64,000 bases of DNA. It comes from Eledone cirrhosa (lineage: Eukaryota). Below the pieces are notes generated by a model. The model saw nothing but the letters and a program-made list of their open reading frames with translations. It was not told the DNA's origin and ran no database searches. Shown piece after piece: positions 1-12,087 of the stretch (positions are counted from its first letter, which is position 1; each line of letters begins with the position of its first letter). Both the position numbers and the translations under genes were made by a program. The DNA lies in the NCBI GenBank assembly GCA_964016885.1, contig OZ024745.1, positions 19,034,001 through 19,098,000 on the forward strand, given 5' to 3'.

Positions 1-1865
1 TCTACCAATCCACAATTTATCTGATTCTCTATCAATTCTACCAATCCACCATTCTATCTGATTCTCTATCAATTCTACCAATCCACAATTATATCTGATT
101 CTCTATCAATTCTACCAATCCACAATTCTATCTGATTCTCTATCAATTCTACCAATCCACCATTCTATCTGATTCTCTATCAATTCTACCAATCCACAAT
201 TCTATCTGATTCCCTATCAATTCTACCAATCCACAATTCTATCTGATTCTCTATCAATTCTACCAATCCACAATTCTATCTGATTCTCTATCAATTCTAC
301 CAATGCACCATTCTATCTGATTCTCTATCAATTCTACCAATCCACCATTCTATCTGATTCTCTATCAATTCTACCAATCCACAATTCTATCTGATTCTCT
401 ATCAATTCTACCAATCCACCATTCTATCTGATTCTCTATCAATTCTACCAATCCACAATTCTATCTGATTCTCTATCAATTCTACCAATCCACAATTCTA
501 TCTGATTCTCTATCAATTGTACCAATCCACAATTCTATCTGATTCTCTATCAATTCTACCAATCCACAATTCTATCTGATTCTCTATCAATTCTACCAAT
601 CCACCATTCTATCTGATTCTCTATCAATTCTACCAATCCACAATTCTATCTGATTCTCTATCAATTCTACCAATCCACAATTCTATCTGATTCTCTATCA
701 ATTCTACCAATCCACAATTCTATCTGATTCTCTATCAATTCTACCAATGCACCATTCTATCTGATTCTCTATCAATTCTACCAATGCACCATTCTATCTG
801 ATTCTCTATCAATTCTACCAATCCACCATTCTATCTGATTCTCTATCAATTCTACCAATCCACAATTCTATCTGATTCTCTATCAATTCTACCAATCCAC
901 CATTCTATCTGATTCTCTATCAATTCTACCAATCCACAATTCTATCTGATTCTCTATCAATTCTACCAATCCACCATTCTATCTGACTCTCTATCAATTC
1001 TACCAATCCACAATTCTATCTGATTCTCTATCAATTCTACCAATCCACCATTCTATCTGACTCTCTATCAATTCTACCAATCCACCATTCTATCTGACTC
1101 TCTATCAATTCTACCAATCCACAATTCTATCTGATTCTCTATCAATTCTACCAATCCACCATTCTATCTGACTCTCTATCAATTCTACCAATCCACCATT
1201 CTATCTGATTCTCAATCAATTCTACCAATCCATCATTCTATTTGATTCTCTATCAATTCTACCAATCCACCATTCTATCTGATTCTCTGTAAATTCTACC
1301 AATCTACCATTCTATCTGACTCTCTATCAATTCTACCAATCCACCATTCTATCTGATTCTCTATCAATTCTACCAATCCACAATTCTATCTGATTCTCTA
1401 TCAATTCTACCAATCCACCATTCTATCTGACTCTCTATCAATTCTACCAATCCACAATTCTATCTGATTCTCTATCAATTCTACCAATCCACCATTCTAT
1501 CTGACTCTCTATCAATTCTACCAATCCACCATTCTATCTGACTCTCTATCAATTCTACCAATCCACAATTCTATCTGATTCTCTATCAATTCTACCAATC
1601 CACCATTCTATCTGACTCTCTATCAATTCTACCAATCCACCATTCTATCTGATTCTCAATCAATTCTACCAATCCATCATTCTATTTGATTCTCTATCAA
1701 TTCTACCAATCCACCATTCTATCTGATTCTCTGTAAATTCTACCAATCTACCATTCTATCTGACTCTCTATCAATTCTACCAATCCATCATTCTATCTGA
1801 TTCTCTATCAATTCTACCAATCCACAATTCTATCTGATTCTCTATCAATTCTACCAATCCATCAT
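1..1865. repeat. 37-bp minisatellite (TCTACCAATCCACAATTCTATCTGATTCTCTATCAAT), about 50 copies, runs off window start
   Basis: Direct period 37 (e.g. 74 to 111). Confidence 0.97.
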
Positions 1866-2319
1866 TCATTCACTGGTATTTTTTTCATTGATCCTCAAAG
1901 ATAACCTTACCAGGATTTTAACACAACAATGATCCAGGATAGATACTGAGACATTCATTCAATCCAATGTCCTAATGATTTTCCACCTTTTTGTAATAGT
2001 TGACGTTCATATCTTTCAGTGTATCAATATTTAAGTTCATAGGCCTGTAGATATAAGAAAAAAGGGGTTCGTTGTGATTGTGTTGTTTTTGTTGTTACAG
2101 CTCACACCCACATACATTTACAACTCATAACAGAATTTTCAGGTATTTTAATGATAGGGACACAACCCCTTCTATACCATCGCTTTGCGAGTGACAAGAG
2201 GCCGGATTTGACAACACAGAACCAGAAAAGATGCTGCAAGATTTTCTATCTGATGCTCTAACAATTGTCAAGATTTGCTCCCTTCTGGACCCCCTTTGGG
2301 GTCTCAGGATACACAATCT

Positions 2320-2712
2320 TTGTGCGTTCATCCTAGAATACGATCACGCATATAAGTGACCAAATGGAGTTCCTCAGAAGGATTTGTGGTGTAACGTTAC
2401 TTGATAGAGTGTAAAGATCAGAGAGCTGTAACTTCTCTGATTTGAGATATCGCAGCTCTAGTACTACAGGCATATGGTGAGAATGTCTTAGGAAAGAATT
2501 GCTGGATGGATCTTACGGACAAAACCAACCAGCAGGAGACCCAGGGGTTGACCTCGAGCAAGATGGTTGGATAACATCCATGAGCTTGGCTGGTCCTGCT
2601 TGGGGATCCAGCCTGATTAGGTGGAGACAGTTGCTTCTGACAAGACCTGTTGGAAGGAGTGTTTGAGGGCTCTGCTCCCCTGACCCTCTCATGAATAAGT
2701 GGGTGAAGAAGA
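2320..2712 (+). mobile_element. Degenerate LINE (RTE-like) 3' fragment
   Basis: Decayed EMxFLRRI.GVT..DR and RRPRG.PR.RW.D-like coding, ending in a (GAA)n tail. Related reverse-strand pieces lie near 10545-10700 and 37900-38200. Confidence 0.55.
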
Positions 2713-3228
2713 AAACTTAAACTTAGTTGGAAGACAAACTTGGAGAGTCAACATAGTCTTGGATGATAAACTTATTCTTGGGTGGTAGACATAATGTAGT
2801 TATTCCACTGCTTCATTCTCAATATGACAAGTAAATTTGAAAGTTTAGCCCCTAATACACACTCCTACAACAATATATGTTTATAGATCATTTTGTTACT
2901 AAAGCAGGGGTTAACCTTGCAGCCCCTGTGATGGGCTTCATACTCTTCATGGGGTCTGTTTTACTGCATTTTTTATAATCAAATACTTCATCTGATACCG
3001 ACCTTTTTAGTTGCCTCTTATGATATGTAAGGATATAAGGGAACTATTCTAAATTGGATAGACTCAGTAAATCAAACTACACTCCTACAAACATTGAACT
3101 GAAGATCTTAATATTTTGAAGTTAAAAAAGTTTCTCTATAAGTAGTCAATTTCTTCTGCTTCTTCTTCTCCTTCTTCTCTTCCTTCTCCTCCTCTTCTCT
3201 TCCTCCTCCTTCTCCTCCTTCTCCTCCT

Positions 3229-4047
3229 CCAGTCCACATTGTAAAGTGGTCATATAGGTGTCATGAAAAAAGTGCCCAGTCCACATTGTAAAGTGTTCCT
3301 GTAGGTGTCACAACAAAAAGCACCCAGCCCACACTGTAATGTGGTTGTGTAGGTGTCACAACAAAAAGCACCCAGCCCACACTGTAAACTGGTCATGTAG
3401 GTGTCACAACAAAAAGCACCCAGTCCACACTGTAAACTGGTCATGTAGGTGTCATGACTAAAAGCACCCAGTCCACATTGTAAACTGGTCATGTAGGTGT
3501 CACGACTAAAAGCACCCAGTCCACACTGTAAAGTGGTCATGTAGGTGTCACGACTAAAAGCACCCAGTCCACACTGTAAAGTGGTCATGTAGGTGTCACA
3601 ACAAAAAGCACCCAGTCCACACTGTAAACTGGTCGTGTAGATGTCACGACTAAAAGCACCCAGTCCACACTGTAAAGTGGTCATGTAGGTGTCACGACTA
3701 AAAGCACCCAGTCCACACTGTAAAGTGGTCATGTAGGTGTCACAACAAAAAGCACCCAGCCCACACTGTAAACTGGTCGTGTAGATGTCACGACAAAAAG
3801 CACCCAGCCCACACTGTAAACTGGTCATGTAGGTGTCACAACAAAAAGCACCCAGTCCACACTGTAAAGTGGTCATGTAGGTGTCATGACTAAAAGCACC
3901 CAGTCCACACTGTAAACTGGTCATGTAGATGTCACGACTACAAGCACCCAGTCCACACTGTAAACTGGTCATGTAGGTGTCACAACTAAAAGCACCCAGT
4001 CCAAACTGTAAAGTGGTCATGTAGGTGTCATGACTAAAAGCGCCCAG
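3229..4047. repeat. 48-bp minisatellite (about 17 copies) matching the RTE 3' UTR
   Basis: Unit AAAAGCACCCAGTCCACACTGTAAAGTGGTCATGTAGGTGTCACGACT; accounts for the 16-aa repeat ORF 3250-4197. Confidence 0.95.
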
Positions 4048-4049
4048 CT

Positions 4050-4245
4050 GGTGTCTTGACAACAACCAGCCTGAAAATAAAAGTGGTCTGTCAAACCACA
4101 GCATTTGGCAATTGTCCTCTTTTCTGCACTGTGGCCAACAGTGCCTGGGTTTGAGGTCGAAGTGACAAGGTTGGAGGGGAAGAATGAGTCGCAGCATGAG
4201 GCATCCCAGATTAGGTGTTTACCTCTCTCAAGTGAAAAGAGTTAT
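4050..4245 (-). mobile_element. CRE-clade non-LTR retrotransposon RLE fragment
   Basis: Reads LIWDASCCDSF..SNL....NPGTV.H.AE; homologous to 57935-58255. Confidence 0.6.
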
Positions 4246-4681
4246 CTGCGCACTTACTATCACCAATTTCAAGGCCAGGCAGCTCTAGTTGTGATGGGAA
4301 GCCAGTTAGCTCTAGTTGTGATGGGAGGCCAGCTGGATCCAGTTGTGATGGGAAACTAGCTGGCTCCAGTTGAGATGGGAATCCAGCTAGCTCCAGTTGT
4401 AATGGAAGGCCAGTTAGCTCCAGTTGTGATGGGAAACCAGTTGTGTCAAGGCTTCTTTGGATTATATCATTTGAGATAGGTTTGAAACTACACATATCCA
4501 TTCTTAACTATTCTTCCATGCCTGCATTCACTAGTGAAAGTGATCAATACTTACTTGGTATGTTTGTAATAGTTGTGTCAGTTGTTGTTATTGTTGTTGT
4601 GTAGCTCCAGGCTAACTGCTATGATTGAGTAGCCAATGAGAGTTGGTGTGAAACGATTACTGTATCTATTGTTAATTGCAG

Positions 4682-4753
4682 GATTTGCTGATTTACCTCC
4701 CAAATTTGTAAACGACATGGATGGTTTCAACATAGAGGAAAATAGAAAAACAG
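4682..4753 (+). CDS. Cadherin exon 1 in window (GFADLPPKFVNDMDGFNIEENRKTG)
   Basis: ttgcag acceptor, gtatat donor, phase 1/1; start of EC1. Confidence 0.85.
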
Positions 4754-5402
4754 GTATATATTTCATCTTACTTTTAGCTGTTATTGCAGCAAAACATTAG
4801 TTTAACAGTCCCAGATTTAATGGATTTGGAATTTAACAAACCAAATAATTCTAATAATGGTTCCTATTTTAAGCACAAAGCCAGCAAATTGAGAAAACCA
4901 ATAAGCCAAATAAAGCAACCCCAGTATAACTGCTACTTAACCCTTTAGTATTTAAACCATATCCTGTCAAAGTATGACTGCTACTTAACCCTTTAGCATT
5001 TAAACCAGCTAAATCCGACCAGAATTCTCTCACCACATTCTGCTCAAACTGGCCATAACTAGCCACTCATACAGATGTTAAGGTATTATTCTCAAAATAA
5101 ATAACATCAAAATCTCATAGATTCAATATTATGTGAGATAAGTATGTGAAGTAAAGCCTTTACTGTGAAAATAATGGAATTGATTCTATATCAATTAATT
5201 AATGAAGAATTTTGAATGATTTATTACTAAGGTAGTTACTTAACATGCTAATAGGGAAAGTAGATGTTGATGATGATGATGGTTCAGATATATAATTAAC
5301 TTTGAGGTTAGTGTTGTTGGGCTAACAATTGTCAGGTAGTGAATTAAAATTACCAGAACAAGCGATGTGTTGTGTCCTTGAGGAGGATACTGAGTGTTAG
5401 TT

Positions 5403-5785
5403 AGTATAACATACCACTGATGGTTAGATAATATAACATACCACTGATGGTTAGATAGTATAACATACCACTGGTGGTTAGATAGTATAACATACCACTA
5501 ATGGTCAGATGGTGTAACATACCACTGATGGTTAGTTAGTATAATTTACCACTGATGGTCAGATGGTGTAACATACCACTGATGGTCAGATGGTGTAACA
5601 TACCACTGATGGTCAGATGGTGTAACATACCACTGATGGTCAGATGGTGTAACATACCACTGATGGTCAGATGGTGTAACATACCACTGATGGTTAGTTA
5701 GTATAATTTACCACTGATGGTCAGATGGTGTAACATACCACTGATGGTCAGATGGTGTAACATACCACTGATGGTTAGATGGTGT
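5403..5785. repeat. 27-bp minisatellite (TGTAACATACCACTGATGGTCAGATGG), about 14 copies
   Basis: Direct period 27. Confidence 0.95.
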
Positions 5786-5887
5786 CCTTGTCTACCCCAT
5801 ACAGCCATATTTATTTGGAGTGACTGCTCTCCTAGATCGGTTGCCTTCTCTATGGCTTACAGAGATAATTAATTGATAATTATTAAA

Positions 5888-6243
5888 TTTCGGCCGTGGA
5901 TGGCCAACATAACCCCAACCCCATCCCCCTCACCCCTCCCTGCGAAGTTATGTTGGTACCACAACATCCAGTCCGAAACAAATGAGATCGTGTAGGCGTC
6001 ACGACAAAAAAATACACAGTCCACGCTGTAATGTGGCCGTGTAGGTAACACGGTAAAAACCTCCCAGTCCACATTGTAAACGTGGTTGGTGTTAGGAAGG
6101 GCATTCAGCCATAGAAAACCCGCCAGACAGTCCTATATGAGCAAGACAACCAATCTTGCCTCAAGTGGGAAAATTCCCGTCCAAACCCATGCAAGCGTGG
6201 AAGATGGACGTTAAACCATGATGATGATGATGATGATGATGAT
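5888..6243 (+). mobile_element. Non-autonomous internally deleted derivative of the PHD-RTE LINE
   Basis: First ~35 nt match the reverse complement of 33170-33201; the remainder matches the LINE 3' UTR; (GAT)n tail. Confidence 0.8.
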
Positions 6244-7258
6244 ACATATATGTGTGTGTGTGTGTATGTGTGTGTATGTGTGTGTGTATATGTGTGTGTA
6301 TGTATGTATGTTTATGAAGATATGTGGCTAGATTGTTAGACTCGTGATTATTAGGTCGTGGATTTCATTTCTGGACCAGGCAGTACATTGTGTCCTTGAG
6401 CAAGTCTTTTTATTTTTACATTGCTCCTTTTACCTGTAGTTATAACTGAGAAATAGAATCAGCAATGGAAAGACCAATGAAAACATTGTTTTCATATGCA
6501 AATCAGCTCTTTCCATGCATGTGTGTTTGAATGTGTGTGTATATATTTAGGTGTGTCAGGATATTTGCATATACTTGTATATGTATCTATGTATGTATGT
6601 TTTTGTGTATGTGACAGGTAAAAAGGAAGAGCTGAAAAAAGAGAGAGGGAGGGAGATAAAGGAAAGCTTAGAAGTAGCTGTAACAACTTATACACACACC
6701 CAACCTCATTCTCCTTCACTCATTCCTCCACTACCAACCTGTTAGTCAAGGTGTAAACATAGAGAAGGTAGGCAGGTATTTGTTACTAAGTATACTAAAG
6801 GCTGACATAGTCATCATTAGACAATAGGTGGGTTGTGAAGTATTGTATATTGTGTGAAGACCAACTAGGTTTCACCAAAAGTATTTCTCTAGCGACCTCA
6901 CCTTCATAGTTGAATCATTTGAACAACAATACAAGACACCTACATATCTACATATACTACCACTAAACTATATTTATCTGGAATAATAATACATCATGAC
7001 CAACACTAAATTCCACAAACTTCATTTACCTGTTCAACTGTGGAAGACAACAAATATAGGAAGTTAGTGGTGGTGGTGGTGATAGGTGCGTGTGTGTGGG
7101 GGGGGGGGGGGTAGAGATTAAATTTGGGTGAGAGAATGGGTGATATATGTGTGTATATATATATAGATAGATAAATAGATAACGAAGGAGTTGTGATAAG
7201 GAACCAGATGGACCATAACGCACCAGAGTACTCAATACTTAGGGTAGTAGAGTGGGTA

Positions 7259-7374
7259 ATAGGAAAAAGTATGACCCCGACAGCAGAGCTCAAGCCGTTT
7301 CGACGGCTATTTTAGTCCAGAAATAGCCGTCAAAATGGCTTGAGCTCTGCCGTCGGGGTCATACTTTTTCCTAT
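7259..7374. repeat. Inverted repeat, 54-bp arms with 8-nt loop
   Basis: ATAGGAAAAAGTATGACCCC...GGGGTCATACTTTTTCCTAT; 3 differences between arms. Confidence 0.93.
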
Positions 7375-7944
7375 ATATATATAGATAGATATATAGATAT
7401 ATATATATAAAGAGGGTGTGGTAAGAATACAAGTGGGTTAGTTCAGATTTAGTTGTCAAAATGGGCCGGAGCTCAGCCGTGGGGTCCTGACTCTTTTCCT
7501 ATATATAACTGTGTGTGTGTATTATTAATGGTAATATTATATTAATTCTATATGAAGACCAGCTGAGCTCATGGATGTTATCCAATCATCTTGCTTTTGA
7601 TTTACCTTTTATGGTCATAATTCCTGGTTCAAATATCACTGCTTTTCCAATAATAAAAGGAAGAGTTTGATGCAAAGAATCTCATCAGGTTCTAAGGATT
7701 CTAACCATTCACCACTCCTGGAACAGAGCCACAATCAGATACTGTAAAGCACCTCATCTGACTCTAAGGATTCCACCCATTTCACCCCCGCTGGAATAAT
7801 ATTTTATTTATTGATTTTAAAAGGATGAAAGATAAAGTTGAACTCAGAACACAAAGATCTGAAACAAATGCTGACCCATATTTGATCTGATCTGCTAACA
7901 ACTAGACTAATTTGTCACTTTCAACTTAACTATGGACTAGAAAG

Positions 7945-8291
7945 CTAGAGAATAACTCCCCTCCTATTGACATGGGAATCCCCCCTTCTGAAGCCCTCCC
8001 TCCTGTCTCAGAAGCACCATGGGTCCAGTGGAAGACACTCAACTGCCTGAGAACAGGAATGGGGTGATCAAAAGCTGCTATGGCCAGATGGGGCTACAAG
8101 ACCGGGGCCCAACCATCTGTGAATGCGGAGAGGAGGACCATACGATGCAACACTGCCTTGTTTTCTCTCTACTACCCAACCAGTGCAGCTTAAAAGATCT
8201 CGCAGAATTTAATAATAATGCAAAGGACTGTGTAAAGAAATGGGAAACTTTCATATAACCACATGCTTCGAAGATACGAAAAGAAGAAGAA
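7945..8291 (+). mobile_element. Ingi/Vingi-like LINE 3' fragment
   Basis: WKTLNCLRTG....RWG, then CECGEEDHTMQHC zinc-knuckle-like motif, then a (GAA)n tail. Confidence 0.6.
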
Positions 8292-9072
8292 CTCAACTAT
8301 TTTCTCATTGGATTAACATATCAGTAACTGATTATTCCAAAGACATCTGTATTCAAAGAGTAATTCTCAGACAGAATCAGTGTGTCATGGGTCATGTCAC
8401 TATATAGTAATTAGACAATGGGATTGACAGGGCAGTTTAAATAAATAAGGGTTTAGGGTATTAAACTGCATTTTTATTTGTTTCAACAGGTCAAAAGTGT
8501 TAATGTATTTAAAGGGAGCTATCTGTGTAATACTGATCTGGCACAAATATTAGGCATTATTAAAATCTTTCATAAATCACACTGAGGTATGCCTATGTGG
8601 TCTTGTGGTTCCCAACACTGTATTTTTACCTAAGTGTCTAATAATTTATATAAATGGTTTAATGATCCAACCCCAATAGTGCTTCCCACCCATGATAATT
8701 AAAAATGGATCCTAGATCTGAAAAAGTTTCTTTTTTCCTTCTCGGAAGATAGCTTATGTGGCTTTAATAGAGGGTGCTCCTAGGCCAAATGGCACCCATG
8801 GTATGTGCCACACTTCCCATACCCTAGTTATGCCTCTGGACATGGTGTACAAGGCAGGACCTTTGAATTACATATATAATTCATCCAACAGGTTCCCACA
8901 CATTTGCATTTATCCAATTTTACTCACACAAGTCTTGGGTGACGTGAAACTATGGTAAAAATACTTAGCTAAGGATGCTACCCAAACTATCATAACTGCA
9001 AAGTGAATATTTCTTAATTGTAGCACATGTGAAATGAAATGCTAAATATTTATGTACATTGTATTGTTTTAG

Positions 9073-9203
9073 GTAGTTTAGTATACACATTAAGTGCGAC
9101 TGACCCTGAAGGACGACAAGTGAAATATTATATGGATACAGGTACCTTTGAAGTTAATGAATACAGTGGTGAGGTAACTCTTGTAAGACGACTTGATTAT
9201 GAG
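9073..9203 (+). CDS. Cadherin exon 2 (SLVYTLSATDPEG...VRRLDYE)
   Basis: ttttag acceptor, gtaagg donor, phase 1/0; ATDPE and LDYE motifs. Confidence 0.95.
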
Positions 9204-9214
9204 GTAAGGATGGG

Positions 9215-9505
9215 CATTTATTTCTCTCAAATCCTTTCATTTCTTTCATCTCCCAATGTAGTTCACATATATATATATTTCTCTCAGATCCTTTCATTTC
9301 TTTCATCTACTAATGTATTTAACATCTTTATTTATCTATTTCTCTCAAATCCTTTCATTTCTTTCATCTACCAATGTCATTTACATCTATATATATTTCT
9401 CGCCTTTCATTTCTTTCATCTCCCCATGTATTTTACATCTATATATATTTCTCTCATCTCCCATCATTTCCTTTCATCTACCAATGTATTTTACATCTTT
9501 ATCTA
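9215..9505. repeat. Degenerate ~60-bp pyrimidine-rich tandem repeat (about 5 copies)
   Basis: Recurrent TTTCTCTCAAATCCTTTCATTTCTTTCATCTACCAATGTA. Confidence 0.85.
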
Positions 9506-9883
9506 TGTTTATAAAAGTGGGCTATTTTGAAGGTTTACAAATGAAAGCTTCAAGTTAGATACCTCGTGTCTTGCTACTAACCATTCAAAGAAGACAAGTA
9601 GAATAATATTCCTTGACACAGGAAAGATTTGTGGTACTTACTTACTTACACAATATCAGTCATCATCATCATCATCATTTAATGTCCATTTTTCCACGCT
9701 AGCATTTGTTAAATGAGTTGTACTGTTGTGAGCTGACCATGTCTTGTTTATACTAGACTGATTTAGGCTTGGTTGGATTCCCTTCCTAATGCCAACCACA
9801 TACTGTGTACCTTTTTATCATGATATCTGTTTATGTTGTTTATTTATTGTTTATATCGTTGTGTGCCTTTTTTCTTTTACCAG

Positions 9884-9934
9884 CGTGTTAATTCTATTCC
9901 TGTCACGGTCAAAATTTCTGATGGCCAGAATAAT
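9884..9934 (+). CDS. Cadherin exon 3 (RVNSIPVTVKISDGQNN)
   Basis: Strong polypyrimidine tract plus ccag, gtaagt donor, phase 0/0; supplies the strand missing between exons 2 and 4. Confidence 0.9.
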
Positions 9935-11977
9935 GTAAGTAATCAGACTTTCTTGAGAAAATTTTCAGTGAGCAATCTGTGACCTACTTGTGACAGCTGT
10001 GTCATATGTGTAACATTTGTGACTGTGACATGGATGTGACATGACTGTGATATGGCTGTGACATATTGTGGCAATTCTGAGACATGCTGTGACACATCTA
10101 TGACATATTTGTGACTGTATTGTGACATAGAAAATATAATTTTAACATTGCCATGACAGAGACATCACAACAGTAATAGTGTTGTGAGAGAGACAGCAAC
10201 TGTTTCACTGTTGTGACAATGATATAGGTACCTCTGTCGATTCGTTTTCATCTTTACCAATTTTTCTCAGCATGGCCTCAGCCGGATGGCTGAAACAGGT
10301 AAAAAATAAAAGAGTATCATTTATAGTGACCAATGATTATTATAGTCACCTGTGTTGGAACAACTACATTTCTTACATAAAATTCTCCCCATACATCATT
10401 GGTCAGCCTGATGTTTACACTTCTAATGACACTCTAGTACTAACAATGTCATAACAATGATGTAACAGACATGAAACATCAAGTTACAGATTCTTTTGAG
10501 GATAGATGAGAACAGAAAGTTAAGTTTGAGACAGAAAAACTTGTTCTTCTTTGCCCACTTATTCCTGAGAGAGTTATGGGGGCAGAGTCCTCAAACACTC
10601 CTTCCAGTGGGTCCTGTCAGAAGCAGCTGGATCTCCAGGTGAGACCAGCAAAGCTCATTGATGCTATCCAACCATCTTGCTTACCTCTGGGTCCTTTATT
10701 CATGACAGAAAGGCCTTTATGGTAAATGTTGTTTGTTTACATCATAAAAGTGTGTTTGTTTACATCAGCTATAATACACTCAATGTTTTATAGTGACAGC
10801 TGGCAAGGTTGTTGTGTGGGGATTGATTAGTTTGTTTTGCAATCAAGAGCTCCTGGGTATGTTTTCTCTTCATGGTCTTTATGATAGCTTCAGGTTTACC
10901 TAAGCTTTGTAGACAGAAACAATGTGAAAGTTTGTTGGATGGGTTGTACCTTTAATTGAAAGGTCAATCCATGTCACATTGTGTCATGCTGAGTCAGTTT
11001 GGAAATTGCATTAAAAAGTGGTGAGGAAAGTAGCGATTCAGATGAATAGATTTGGTATGGCCCTCGCACAGCTAATATTGATATGGGTGGGGAAGATTAT
11101 GAAAATCTAGATGAAGGGTGGGTAGACACATTTACTGCCCTTCGTGTTGGTTCTGTCCATTAGGTTGCCACCTATCATAACTCTTGAGCTGTGTATTCAG
11201 CTATCTATTTTGGGGCTCAGAAGCTCAGGTGGAGGGTAAAATTAGACACAGAGGCCCAGGCTTGTGAAGGTTAATTCATTTGATGGAATAACTGAATACT
11301 TATTGTTGAAACCAACAGAGAATGGTAGAGGAAGTCAACTGACACCAAGAACGACAGGATTGAGCACCTGATCTCAGTTGGTCAACTTTATTGCTTTTCA
11401 TTCTCTGAGGATCAAAAGCTGAAAACTAATTCCTAAAAAAATTGGTGGTGGTCAGCTTCAGCAAGAATTTTCCCTGTATGGGGAGGAACTTTCCATGTGC
11501 AAATCTTTTTTTTTCTTTTTCACTCAGTTGATAAAAGGATAGTCCCCATAGCCCTTGCAGCCCCTCTGAAATGGTCTTATGAAACACAAAAAGGCTCAGA
11601 TAATCTAAAATATATGACCCCTTGTATTAATCTTAATATTCTACCTTTATATAATCAATCATTGTGCTGTCATCATTAATATGTACCTGTTGCATTGGAC
11701 AACATGCTTTGCTGCATAGTTATGGCCCTTTATGTTCTGAGTTCAAATCTTACCAAGGTTACTTTGATAACTTTCTGCCAGTATTGGTGCAGCCATGTCT
11801 AACTTAATACCACCACTTGGTGCTTTGCCTGTTATCCGTAAGGGGTCAATAAAATAAAGTACCAATAACACACTGAGGTCAATTTCCCTCCAGCAAAATT
11901 GTTGTCTTTCTGCCTCAATCAGAAACCATTGTTAATGATTTTTTTTTTTGTTTTTTTCTACTTTTAATGTAATTCAG

Positions 11978-12067
11978 GTGAAGCGTAATATTTATGTAAA
12001 TGTGTTGGACATCAATGATGAAATCCCAAGTTTCAACAGTGCAACTTATTTTGTAAAAGTTACAGAA
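11978..12067 (+). CDS. Cadherin exon 4 (VKRNIYVNVLDINDEIPSFNSATYFVKVTE)
   Basis: ttcag acceptor, gtaagt donor; DINDExPxF linker. Confidence 0.95.
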
Positions 12068-12087
12068 GTAAGTGATTTTATTCTATA

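Noticed and set aside
2101-2142. Possible extra upstream 42-nt cadherin exon (ttacag...cag|gtattt, phase 1/1 open)
   Set aside because: The peptide (HTHIHLQLITEFS) is neither signal-peptide nor cadherin-like; unsupported without RNA data.
3250-4197. 315-aa ORF with a 16-aa Cys repeat
   Set aside because: Translation of the 48-bp LINE-derived satellite.
4936-5010. TTAACCCTTT ends (AAAGGGTTAA also at 23421, 25201, 48061) suggesting piggyBac-type MITEs
   Set aside because: I could not pair the ends into a defined element with confidence.
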